From Candidatus Liptonbacteria bacterium (GTDB lineage: Bacteria > Patescibacteriota > Minisyncoccia > UBA6257 > 2-01-FULL-56-20), in the NCBI GenBank assembly GCA_023244895.1, contig JAHFLL010000001.1, forward strand, positions 404,741 through 468,740: a stretch of 64,000 bases of DNA, in the 5' to 3' direction. Under the pieces are notes generated by a model. It had not been told where the DNA came from, did no database searches, and saw only the letters and a program-made list of their open reading frames with translations. Numbering within the stretch: the first letter of the stretch is position 1; each line of letters starts with the position of its first letter. The position numbers and the translations under genes are program-made. Positions 46,001 to 54,858 of the stretch are shown one piece after another.

Positions 46001-47275
46001 CTAGGTTCCGTGCTGCCAGGAGGCAAGATATTCCTTCTGCTCCGCGGTTAAGGCATCTATTCCCAGACCCATAGTTTTGAGCTTAAGAGACGCCACGTAT
46101 AGCTCAATCTCGGAATCCACTTCATATACCTGCGGGGAAAGCGAGGCGTGATTTTTAACCATCCACTCCGCCGCCAATGCCTGGGTGGAAAAACTCATAT
46201 CCATAACAGAGGCGGGGTGCCCCTCCGCGGCGGCAAGGTTAATCAAACGCCCTTCCGCCAGAAGATAGATGCGCGCGCTGCCTTTTTCTCCCGTAATTAC
46301 GTATTCGTCCACGAAACGCCGGACATCTTTTCTAACCGAGCTCGCGAGCGCAGCCAAATCTTTAACATTCACCTCCACGTCAAAGTGACCGGAGTTGCAA
46401 ACTACCGCTCCATCTTTCATCAAACGGAAGTGATCTTTGGTCAAAACATTTATATTACCGGTTACGGTGCAAAAGATATCGCCAATCGGGGCGGCGGTCT
46501 GCATAGGCATTACCCGAAAGCCGTCCATCGCGGCCTCCAACGCTTTTATGGGATCCACCTCGGTTACTATCACCTGAGCGCTCATACCCCGCGCGCGCAA
46601 GGCAAGTCCCCGCCCGCACCAGCCATAACCGGCAATCACAAAATTCTTACCCGCGATTAAGGCGTCGGTCGCACGAATTATTCCGTCCAGGGTGGACTGG
46701 CCCGTGCCGTAACGATTATCAAAAAGATTTTTAGTCTTGGCATCATTTACCGCCACAACCGGAATGCGCAAAGCGCCGTCTTTAGCCATGGCTCGCAAAC
46801 GGATAACCCCGGTAGTTGTTTCCTCCATGCTGCCCCATAATTTCGCGAGCTCGCTCGGAAATTCATTATGAATAGTGGAAACGAGGTCAGCGCCGTCGTC
46901 CATCGTAATTTGAGGCTGGTGCGCGATAGCGGTTTTGATGTGCGAAAAGAACGTGTCACGATCCTCGCCTCGAATGGCGTATACCCGAATGCCATAATCC
47001 TGCACTAAGCTGGCCGCCACGTCATCTTGAGTGGAAAGCGGATTGGAGGCACACAAAAGAACATCCGCTCCGCCTACTTTGAGCGCCCGCGCCAAATTCG
47101 CGGTTTCCGCGGTAACGTGCAGGCAAAGCGACATCTTGGTATCCCTAAAAGGCTGCTCCTTTTCAAAGCGCGCGTAAGTTTCGGCTAAAACGGGCATGTC
47201 TCGCTCCGCCCATTCAATTCGTTTCTTACCCTGAGAGGCAAGGCTTATATCTTTTATGTCGTAGTCCATAGGCAA
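46001..47275 (-). CDS. ahcY: Adenosylhomocysteinase
   Basis: HVTAETA, SNPLSTQD, DDGAD, EETTTG, FDNRYGTGQS, GHPASVMDMSF. Confidence 0.97.
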   Translation of the reverse strand: MPMDYDIKDISLASQGKKRIEWAERDMPVLAETYARFEKEQPFRDTKMSLCLHVTAETANLARALKVGGADVLLCASNPLSTQDDVAASLVQDYGIRVYAIRGEDRDTFFSHIKTAIAHQPQITMDDGADLVSTIHNEFPSELAKLWGSMEETTTGVIRLRAMAKDGALRIPVVAVNDAKTKNLFDNRYGTGQSTLDGIIRATDALIAGKNFVIAGYGWCGRGLALRARGMSAQVIVTEVDPIKALEAAMDGFRVMPMQTAAPIGDIFCTVTGNINVLTKDHFRLMKDGAVVCNSGHFDVEVNVKDLAALASSVRKDVRRFVDEYVITGEKGSARIYLLAEGRLINLAAAEGHPASVMDMSFSTQALAAEWMVKNHASLSPQVYEVDSEIELYVASLKLKTMGLGIDALTAEQKEYLASWQHGT

Positions 47276-47308
47276 TCAGTTTAAAGGAAGATTGGCGTAA
47301 AATCCAGA

Positions 47309-48247
47309 TTAAGCGGGCAACTCCTCGCTAAAATTCTGCGCATAGCGCGCCCGCGCTTCCGCTAGAGTTAGACTATATTCCTGAGTGCCGTTTACTTCTA
47401 CCGCATAGGCAGAGATAACACTCGCAAACCGTCCTACTATTTCCAAGGGCCAAGCCATAATAAGCCCCTTAATAAATCCAGCGCGATAAGCGTCGCCTGC
47501 CCCGGTTGGATCTATTGCCGCATCTACCCGCGCGCAAGGAATATCTATTGTTTTCTCCCGGGTGCGAATGCGAGAACCTTCCTTGCCCAGAGTAGTGATA
47601 ATCATTTCCGCATATTTTAAAATATCCTCCTCGCTCCAGCCTGTTTTCTGAAGCACCAACGACAATTCATAATCATTTGAGATTAAAGCCTTGGCGCCGG
47701 TTATACCATTTTTTATCTCCTCCCCGGAAAGCGCGGCGATTTGCTGGCTGGGGTCAAAAATAAATGAAATGTTTTTCTCGCGGTACATGCCGGGCAAACG
47801 GCGCATATCTTCAATATTGCCGGGAGAAATAATTGCTAATGCTTGCGTGGGAATATCGTCCGGCGTCACCTCGCAGGAATGAGCCATCGCGCCGATAGAA
47901 AGAGCTGCAATTTGATTGTCGGCGTTATCGGTCATAATGTGAGAAACGGTAGTAGTTTTCTCGGGAACGATTTTCACGAGGCTCAGATCCACTCCCACGC
48001 GCGACAGCCAGTCGCGATAACGTTCAAAGTCCCGCCCGGCACAAGCGAGAATCAGCGGTTGTTCTTCTAAGAGAGCCAAGCCGTAAGCAATATTGCCGGC
48101 GGTTCCGCCAAAATGCTCCTCTAAATTTTCGGCTACAAAACTAAGGTTTAAGGTGTGGATTTTACCCGGCATAATATGGTCGCTGAAACAGCCGGCATAT
48201 TCCATTATCTTGTCGTAAGCGATTGAGCCAGAAACTAATACGCGCAT
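47309..48247 (-). CDS. PfkB-family kinase (adenosine kinase-like)
   Basis: GSIAYD, FGGTAGNIAY, NDYE, DPTGAGDAYRAG; operonic with ahcY. Confidence 0.9.
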   Translation of the reverse strand: MRVLVSGSIAYDKIMEYAGCFSDHIMPGKIHTLNLSFVAENLEEHFGGTAGNIAYGLALLEEQPLILACAGRDFERYRDWLSRVGVDLSLVKIVPEKTTTVSHIMTDNADNQIAALSIGAMAHSCEVTPDDIPTQALAIISPGNIEDMRRLPGMYREKNISFIFDPSQQIAALSGEEIKNGITGAKALISNDYELSLVLQKTGWSEEDILKYAEMIITTLGKEGSRIRTREKTIDIPCARVDAAIDPTGAGDAYRAGFIKGLIMAWPLEIVGRFASVISAYAVEVNGTQEYSLTLAEARARYAQNFSEELPA

Positions 48248-48425
48248 ATAAAGCTAATACTAAGCGCGCCCAGCTCAATTTGCAATTTCATCCACATCTT
48301 AAAATGTATTGAATGCTCGCTCTCCTCCCCTGGCTACCACTTTCTACTTTGCACATTCCACCTTCTGTCTTCTAACTTCTACCCGCTACTTACTACCTAC
48401 TGTCCTATCATGTATAATGCTTTTC

Positions 48426-49193
48426 ATGCGCTTAAAGCTTATATCTCTCAATCTCTGGCAGGGCGGGAAGCTCTGGCAAGAGATCGTTGATTTCTTGGAG
48501 AGAGAAAAGCCCGATATTTTAGCCCTGCAAGAGGTCTATGAATCCAGAGAGCCCCATCCGGAACAGAGATATAGATCCATGACAAAACTACAGGAAGCCC
48601 TGCCTTATCTATCTTTCTATCAATTCGCCCCCACCCTCACGGGACTGTCCCTAGATGGTGTGCCATACAGAGAAGGCAATGCCGTCTTTAGCAAGTTCGA
48701 GCTGAAACAAAGGGGTGTTCATTTCTTTGATGTGCCTTATGGAGAATTTGATTATGCAGGCACGGCGTTTGATCCCGCCCGTGCACCCCGCAACATTCAA
48801 CACGTCGTAGCGGATATAAACGGAACCGATCTGAATATTTTTAATCTACAGGGTATTTGGGGCAAAAATGAGCTAGATAACGAGAGAAGGATGAATATGG
48901 GGAAAACCGTTGCCAAACTTGTAGCCGGCAGAGAACATGCTCTTCTCTGTGGGGACTTTAATGTGGATATTAAAACTCGAAGCATCGCCCAAATAGAGGA
49001 GGCTGGACTCGTAAACATATTTAAAGGCAAGATTGAGTCCAGCATGAATACTCTGCGCCGGCCACAAGAGATATTCGGTAAGATAACTCCAGACACGATT
49101 TTTATAAGCCCCGACCTGAAACTAATTTCCGCGGATTGCCCCAAGGTGGACATATCCGATCATTTGCCCCAGATAATTACCTTTGAAATTTAG
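48426..49193 (+). CDS. Endonuclease/exonuclease/phosphatase (EEP) family protein
   Basis: SLN, LQEV, GNAVFS, GDFN, SDH; TATAAT just before ATG 48426. Confidence 0.88.
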   Translation: MRLKLISLNLWQGGKLWQEIVDFLEREKPDILALQEVYESREPHPEQRYRSMTKLQEALPYLSFYQFAPTLTGLSLDGVPYREGNAVFSKFELKQRGVHFFDVPYGEFDYAGTAFDPARAPRNIQHVVADINGTDLNIFNLQGIWGKNELDNERRMNMGKTVAKLVAGREHALLCGDFNVDIKTRSIAQIEEAGLVNIFKGKIESSMNTLRRPQEIFGKITPDTIFISPDLKLISADCPKVDISDHLPQIITFEI

Positions 49194-49206
49194 ACCGGGC
49201 CTTGAA

Positions 49207-49240
49207 AACAAAACACCCCGCAAAGCGGGGTGTTTTGTTT
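49207..49240. terminator. Bidirectional terminator
   Basis: aacaaaacaccccgc-aaa-gcggggtgttttgtt. Confidence 0.85.
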
Positions 49241-49253
49241 CTACCAATTTTAC

Positions 49254-49556
49254 TTAGTAGCTGGAGCCTTGACCACGACCACCGAATTCACGGCGGGGGG
49301 CACGAGCCTCCAAAGGACGGGCCTCGTTGACGGTTAAGCGGCGACCTTCGAAATCCTTACCATTCCACATTTCGATTGCCTTCGCAGCGTCAGCGTCATT
49401 GACCATCTCGACGAAACCAAACCCACGGGAGCGGTTGGTCATCTTGTCCATGATTATGGACGCGGATGCAACCTCTCCAGCCTGGGCAAAAGCCTCGCGC
49501 AAGCTGTCCTCGGTGGTGCTGTAGGGCAAACCACCAATATATAGCTTTGTAGCCAT
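49254..49556 (-). CDS. RRM RNA-binding protein
   Basis: LYIGGL (RNP2), RGFGFVEM (RNP1), VNEARP. Confidence 0.95.
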   Translation of the reverse strand: MATKLYIGGLPYSTTEDSLREAFAQAGEVASASIIMDKMTNRSRGFGFVEMVNDADAAKAIEMWNGKDFEGRRLTVNEARPLEARAPRREFGGRGQGSSY

Positions 49557-49680
49557 TTTGTGCTGTATTTTTAATCTTCGTGTAAGTCGACTTGTTTATT
49601 ACTTTCTCTCTGCTGATTCACACGAAGACCAACAAACGGCTCCGCGAACTGCTTGTGAGAAGAATTCTTACAGCTCTCGT

Positions 49681-49709
49681 ATTATACCATTTGGCTTAAA
49701 TTAATGCAA
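49681..49709 (-). promoter_or_regulatory. sigma70 promoter of RRM gene
   Basis: TTGCAT-17-TATAAT. Confidence 0.7.
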
Positions 49710-49722
49710 ATACCCTATTTAG

Positions 49723-51531
49723 CTATATTTTACCTAGCTTCCTAGCCAACGCCTCAGCTTCACTAAGCAGTCTTTCTATCTCATTTAAACCCTCGTGCCA
49801 GAAGTCCGCGCGAGTAATATCTACGCCCAAATCCGCGAAGATATCCTGGGGAGACTTAGAAATACCCGCAGAAAGAAACCTTTTCACGGCTTCAATCCTG
49901 GTCTTGTCTTTACGCACTTGAGCCTGCAAAGATTTTGATATCAGGAGCCCGGTCGCATAGGAATAAACATAAAAGAAGCTGCGAATATGGCTCCAGTAGA
50001 CCCACCAATTTTCGGAACCGGGAGATTGCTCCACCGCCTCGCCCATATAGTCTGCCATATGTTTCTGGAAAATCTGCCCGATCTCAATATGGGATAAATA
50101 TCCTTTTTCTCGAAAAGTTTTGTGAAGTTCTTGCTCAAAACGGTAACAGGCCGCCTGGCGGAAGATACTGGAGACATCATCATTCAACTTAGTGAGCATC
50201 ATGGCCAGGCGCAACTCCTCATCCGCTTCTTTCTCTATACGTTCCAGCACGAAGTCTTCCATAAAAGTACTAGCCACTTCCGCGCTGGCGGTAGAAGTCC
50301 CGAAATAGACTCCTTTCTGCTCCGGGCGCATCAGTTCGTTGTTAATCGCGTGCCCCATCTCATGCGCTAAGGTCATTACGTCGTTTAGGCGGTCAGTGTG
50401 ATTTAAAAGCACATATGTCGGCTGGCTGACTAGAAGATGGGAGCAAAAGGCGCCATTGTGCTTGCCCTTCCCCGGGAAAACATCTATCTGACCATTCTCT
50501 AGTAACCGTTCTAATATTTCGGGAAAGGCCGGATCCAGTCCGCTGAAGACATCTTTAACCAACCCCACCGCCTCCCCAAAAGTATATTTTTTATCCGCCT
50601 CGCCATAAGGCACGTTGCGTTCGTGGTATGCGAGCTTAGGCACACCCATTAATTTCGCCCGTAAGGCGTAATAATCACGGGAGATTTGAAAATGGTTCCG
50701 AATGGTTTCTATCGCCACATCTACCACCACGGTAGAGATGTCGTCGTGCACGTGACGCAGAGTATCCGGGCGCTCCACTCCGCGTAATTCATCATCGCTC
50801 TTCTTATTATCTAAGACCGCGTTTATCTCCGCCTCCGCCACATCCAGATGTTTTACAAAAATATTATTCAACGCCTGCGCCGCGGAGTCGCGTACCGGTT
50901 TTTCAATATTGTTCGCGAGGCTGGTTAGCTCCGAAAAATTTGCCTTCTTTCTGTTTCCCTCTTTGTCTACTAAAACCTCAGCTTCTTCTTTGGAAATCAA
51001 GCCAGACACCATCCTGACCCACTGGCCGTAAGCGGGCGAGGATTTGAAGTCCATGATTCTCTCTTCCGGTTCGGAAAGCAAATATTTGCCTTCCGCAAAC
51101 AATCTTTCCAAAAAATGCCTAAAATATGAAAGCTCCGACGCCGTGAGCATGCGCGCTTGCGCGTCCGGCTCTATCTTGGAAATCCTTAGCTCAAAAAAGC
51201 GCACCTCATCCGCGATTTTGCGCGCGAATTCTTCCGCCTGGTTTAGTTTCGCCTTAAGCTCCGAAGAATTCTGGTCCTGCTCCGCCCTTAACCAAAAATA
51301 ATAAGCTTCATCCCCGCCTTGTCCGCAAGAATTTTGCCAAGCTTCATATTCCGTAAGCGCTTGCGCTAGCGCCTTCGGGTCAGAGAGGTAGTCTTCGCGA
51401 TTTTTCCAAGCCTGCACAAATCCAGCCGTTTTGGCCTGTATCTCTTTACGCTTAGCTTCTTTCGCCGGGTCATCATCCGACACAAGGAGCGGGCTCAGGT
51501 CCCAGGTGGTTTTTATGTCTTTTTCTGTCAT
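49723..51531 (-). CDS. pepF: Oligoendopeptidase F (M3B)
   Basis: WDLS.L, GK..GAFC, TLAHEMGH, AEVASTF, FYVYSY. Confidence 0.93.
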   Translation of the reverse strand: MTEKDIKTTWDLSPLLVSDDDPAKEAKRKEIQAKTAGFVQAWKNREDYLSDPKALAQALTEYEAWQNSCGQGGDEAYYFWLRAEQDQNSSELKAKLNQAEEFARKIADEVRFFELRISKIEPDAQARMLTASELSYFRHFLERLFAEGKYLLSEPEERIMDFKSSPAYGQWVRMVSGLISKEEAEVLVDKEGNRKKANFSELTSLANNIEKPVRDSAAQALNNIFVKHLDVAEAEINAVLDNKKSDDELRGVERPDTLRHVHDDISTVVVDVAIETIRNHFQISRDYYALRAKLMGVPKLAYHERNVPYGEADKKYTFGEAVGLVKDVFSGLDPAFPEILERLLENGQIDVFPGKGKHNGAFCSHLLVSQPTYVLLNHTDRLNDVMTLAHEMGHAINNELMRPEQKGVYFGTSTASAEVASTFMEDFVLERIEKEADEELRLAMMLTKLNDDVSSIFRQAACYRFEQELHKTFREKGYLSHIEIGQIFQKHMADYMGEAVEQSPGSENWWVYWSHIRSFFYVYSYATGLLISKSLQAQVRKDKTRIEAVKRFLSAGISKSPQDIFADLGVDITRADFWHEGLNEIERLLSEAEALARKLGKI

Positions 51532-51565
51532 CTTTATTTTATATTTACCTACTACATACTACTTT

Positions 51566-51736
51566 CTACTTACTGTTCAACACTTTCTGTTCTACTCCAC
51601 ACCAGGGACAAAACCAGGCATTGCGCTTGGGCGCGTCAGCTATGGACCACCATTTATTACACTTCCCGCAACGAAAATGAGAAATCTGCTCCAATGAAAT
51701 TCTGCCCTGTAGTTTCTTCTTGTCTTCTGTTTTCAT
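51566..51736 (-). CDS. Small Zn-ribbon protein
   Basis: HFRCGKCNKWWSI...FCPWCG; start trimmed to MKTED. Confidence 0.75.
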   Translation of the reverse strand: MKTEDKKKLQGRISLEQISHFRCGKCNKWWSIADAPKRNAWFCPWCGVEQKVLNSK

Positions 51737-51737
51737 T

Positions 51738-52283
51738 CTATCTGACGATGTATTCAAATAAATTTCCTCTGTCCAATTTGAATCTTTTAGTGACGCCAAG
51801 AGATGGCTGGATCGCAAAGCTTTCCCCGGGTCTACGCTCCGCGTAATTAACTTCAATTACACCATCTTTGATAGATATGTTCTGAGGCGCGATTCTATCA
51901 CCCAAAAGAAGAGAGTTTGTGCCTCTCGCACCGGTATTTGTATTCAAGGCAGAAGAAACATAGAAGAAGGTTCCGCTACCACCCGAATCTTGGGTTAACA
52001 TAACCGCCGAATCCTCTTTGCCGTCGCTATCTAAATCTCCCAGGGCTGGCTCTCCAAATATGCGCGTAATTATCTTGCTCGCGGAACCCGGCGCGGCTTC
52101 TTGCTCCAAGACTCCGTTCTTCAGAGGATAAAGCAAGTTCTCTATGGTGTAGGTTGCATTTTTCGGCTCAAAAAGAGTTGCGGAGTTGTCCGGAGCTATG
52201 CTCGGCCCTGTTCCGTTCCAGTAATAGAACATCGCGGCCACAACCACCACAAAAGCGCCAACAACCATAACTTTTTTCGTCAT
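51738..52283 (-). CDS. Membrane-anchored hypothetical protein
   Basis: N-terminal TM; GDLD.DG..D, GGSGTFFY, LGDRIAPQ. Confidence 0.75.
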   Translation of the reverse strand: MTKKVMVVGAFVVVVAAMFYYWNGTGPSIAPDNSATLFEPKNATYTIENLLYPLKNGVLEQEAAPGSASKIITRIFGEPALGDLDSDGKEDSAVMLTQDSGGSGTFFYVSSALNTNTGARGTNSLLLGDRIAPQNISIKDGVIEVNYAERRPGESFAIQPSLGVTKRFKLDRGNLFEYIVR

Positions 52284-52323
52284 GCACTAATAATAAGACC
52301 CTGCGGAGATCTGGGCAAATCAG

Positions 52324-52722
52324 CTAGTAAGACTTTCTAAAATTGGTCCATAGTCTTTGTGGCCAACTCTTACCCATGAAAAATAACGCCAAATCTATTT
52401 CTTCAATAATTCTTTTATTCCCCATCCACCCCTCTTGAGACTTTAGCCCGATGAGTATTCTTTTCGAAACTGGATAATAAGCTGAAAAATTTCTCAATTC
52501 GTATATAATAGCTATCTGTCTATCAAGTTTTATTTTTCTATCTGGCTGCAACTGCTCGTTTACCAGCTCGTCTATCAACTTATGATATATATTAAAACGT
52601 TTATCTTTTAGATAATCTCTAAATTTCCATAACGCCCAAAAGCCAGCCATTATTAAAGACAGCGCTCCTATGCCGCCAGAATGAATATCTAAAAAATTTA
52701 GGATGTCATTCACGTTAAACAT
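52324..52722 (-). CDS. AT-rich hypothetical membrane-anchored protein downstream of lexA
   Basis: Start MFNVND 1 nt after lexA stop; one TM helix. Confidence 0.65.
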   Translation of the reverse strand: MFNVNDILNFLDIHSGGIGALSLIMAGFWALWKFRDYLKDKRFNIYHKLIDELVNEQLQPDRKIKLDRQIAIIYELRNFSAYYPVSKRILIGLKSQEGWMGNKRIIEEIDLALFFMGKSWPQRLWTNFRKSY

Positions 52723-52723
52723 G

Positions 52724-53404
52724 CTAATTAGTTGAGTACAACGGCACCACTTCCAAGTCGCCCTTTTGGGGAGCGCGCACAATATCTATGACCTTGCCGA
52801 AAATTTGAAAGTTGCGATTTACGATTATCGGCTTATATTGCGGGTCGGAAGAAACCGGGTGCAAGATGATGGCGTTATTCGCGAACTGAATCTTCTTTAT
52901 AACCGCGAAACCGTCAATTATTGCCACCACTAAATCTTCCTCATAGATGGCCTGAGTCATCTCCACTAAGACATAGTCGTTCTCGTTTATGCCCGCGTCT
53001 TTCATAGAATCGCCCACCGCGCGAATACCAACCACATTATCTTTGCGCCGCCCTTGGAGCATTTCGCTCGCCACGCATAAAAACTCATCAAAAGAACTTT
53101 GCGCGAAGACGTTCACGTTATCGCAACCCGCGGAAGCGATAACCGGAATTTCTACTTCTTCCTTGGGCTTATCGTTTTCCAACTCCAGCACACGAATACC
53201 ACGCCGCTCGTAGCGGGAACGCTGGATTAGGCCCTTCTTTTCCAAAACCATTAGATATTGAGAAATACTGCGCGGAGAAGACAACTTCAAGGAACGCGCC
53301 ATTTCTTGAATGGTGGGCGCCTCGCCGTGCCTATCCGCATAGCTTTTTAGGACCTCGTAAAACTTTCTTTGTTTTTCCGTCAGCGTTGAGATTATTTTGT
53401 TCAT
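52724..53404 (-). CDS. lexA: LexA repressor
   Basis: LT.KQ...PT..E..HTH; AG cleavage site (SAG); catalytic GDSM and K. Confidence 0.9.
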   Translation of the reverse strand: MNKIISTLTEKQRKFYEVLKSYADRHGEAPTIQEMARSLKLSSPRSISQYLMVLEKKGLIQRSRYERRGIRVLELENDKPKEEVEIPVIASAGCDNVNVFAQSSFDEFLCVASEMLQGRRKDNVVGIRAVGDSMKDAGINENDYVLVEMTQAIYEEDLVVAIIDGFAVIKKIQFANNAIILHPVSSDPQYKPIIVNRNFQIFGKVIDIVRAPQKGDLEVVPLYSTN

Positions 53405-53410
53405 GCTTAA

Positions 53411-53460
53411 ATTGTATTACATACATTACTCTCGTCAATATATACATTATATATATTACC
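53411..53460 (-). promoter_or_regulatory. lexA promoter (probably leaderless) with tandem TAAT-centred repeats
   Basis: TTGACG-16-TACAAT ending 6 nt before ATG; GTAATATAT/ATAATGTAT and GTAATGTAT/GTAATACAA pairs. Confidence 0.6.
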
Positions 53461-53526
53461 CGGGCCAAAAAGCCCGTATTTCCTAGCTTATTTCTCCCCT
53501 CCTAAAAGTTATCCACAGCCTTAGAG

Positions 53527-53967
53527 CTACTGAATCTTATTGTCTTCCAAATATTTTATCGCTACCTCGGCACCCTCTATGGAAATTATTTTGTGCTTGT
53601 ACCCGAAAAATTCGGTTATGGATTTCCGAACTTCGTCCGGCAATTCCACACAGCTCTTTCTCGGATCACCAACATCAACCACTATCATCTTATCGTCTCC
53701 ATCCTCCCGACGTAGTAAGCCTATCGGCTCAACCACAACCTCTCCCCCTACGGAATATTTCTTATTAGATATTAACAAAACATCTACCTCATCTTTATCA
53801 TTAGCGTTAAATGTATTCGGTACGTAGCCATAATCGACTGGCATAATGCCATTATTCACCTGTATGACGTCTTTGATCGGACCGATATCCACAAAACCGG
53901 ATTTATCATAACCAAGATGACGCCTGCGATCGTCTCCCTTCGGCATTTCTATAATTACCTTAAACAT
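53527..53967 (-). CDS. ppa: Inorganic pyrophosphatase (family I)
   Basis: IIE.PK, PVDYGYVP.T...D.DEVDVL, DDK. Confidence 0.85.
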   Translation of the reverse strand: MFKVIIEMPKGDDRRRHLGYDKSGFVDIGPIKDVIQVNNGIMPVDYGYVPNTFNANDKDEVDVLLISNKKYSVGGEVVVEPIGLLRREDGDDKMIVVDVGDPRKSCVELPDEVRKSITEFFGYKHKIISIEGAEVAIKYLEDNKIQ

Positions 53968-53974
53968 GACCAGA

Positions 53975-54565
53975 CTAGTCAGTCTTTTCTCTTTTGACCA
54001 ACCCCTCAAAAGTGATGCGAATATAATCTCCCACCGTCACACCTTTCATCTTGTATATCTGATTGGTGGAAAAAATTCTTTTATCTTCCGGATTAAGACC
54101 GAGCCAGACGATTGCCTCATCAATTTTCTGCCAACTATCTGATTCAATCTCCAAATACGGCTCAAGTTCCGGATAGATGTCTATATCAAACTCCACGCCC
54201 TCCTTAGTCCAGCGGGTGCGTTTATTTTCCACATAATGCTTTTCAATAAATCCGATGCTTAAGAGCAGTTGGGCGGTCTTCTCAAAATCGTTCACGATTA
54301 TTTCCGTCTCCTCCATGCCGTCGTCATTGCCGGTACCGTCATGTTTCTCCGCGCCAAGCCGTTTTTTGAAACTTAGAGTAATTTTTTCGCCCTCATCCCG
54401 CAGACGCAACCAGGAGTGGGCTTTGTCTAGGCGCCAATCCGGATAGTCAAAAACTCGCCGGCGGTAAAAAAAATCGCCCACTTTCTCCGCGCCAACCTCC
54501 AGAAGCTTGGCCTCCAAGCTCGCGAGATTTACATTTAAGAATTTAACCTCTATTTCTTCAGCCAT
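53975..54565 (-). CDS. CYTH/triphosphate tunnel metalloenzyme (class IV adenylate cyclase-like)
   Basis: EIEVKF, WLRLR, EETE, NKR, YLEIE. Confidence 0.88.
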   Translation of the reverse strand: MAEEIEVKFLNVNLASLEAKLLEVGAEKVGDFFYRRRVFDYPDWRLDKAHSWLRLRDEGEKITLSFKKRLGAEKHDGTGNDDGMEETEIIVNDFEKTAQLLLSIGFIEKHYVENKRTRWTKEGVEFDIDIYPELEPYLEIESDSWQKIDEAIVWLGLNPEDKRIFSTNQIYKMKGVTVGDYIRITFEGLVKREKTD

Positions 54566-54670
54566 ATGGATGAGCCAATTATAAATCCAATTCACAAAAA
54601 ATATCCACAGACCGGGAAGTTTGACAGCTTTCTAAAACGGGCAGAATATTAACCTCGCACATTAGAAATA

Positions 54671-54766
54671 TTTTAGGAATCTGGGGAAGCGGGTGTAAAT
54701 CCCGCACAGTGCCGCTACGGTGATCTCGATAATCTTATCGGGAAAGTCCGACTACCAGTCCTAGAA
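54671..54766 (+). ncRNA. Cobalamin (B12) riboswitch, compact
   Basis: GGGAA-GCGGGTGTAAATCCCGC-ACAGTGCCGCTACGGTGA...AAGTCCGACTACC; closing TTTTAGGA/TCCTAGAA. Confidence 0.82.
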
Positions 54767-54812
54767 CCTTTTGTGTTCCTCGAGCAAGGAACAAACTGAT
54801 TTTGTCCAATCA

Positions 54813-54840
54813 GGATCCCCTTGCTCTAGCGGGATTTTTT
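54813..54840 (+). terminator. Riboswitch-associated terminator
   Basis: gatccc-cttgctctagc-gggat-ttttt before ATG 54859. Confidence 0.6.
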
Positions 54841-54858
54841 AGTTCCGCGCAGAACAAA

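Noticed and set aside
53405-53520. Replication origin (AT-rich plus DnaA box)
   Set aside because: Single box, no cluster and no dnaA/dnaN nearby; AT repeats are better explained as the lexA promoter.
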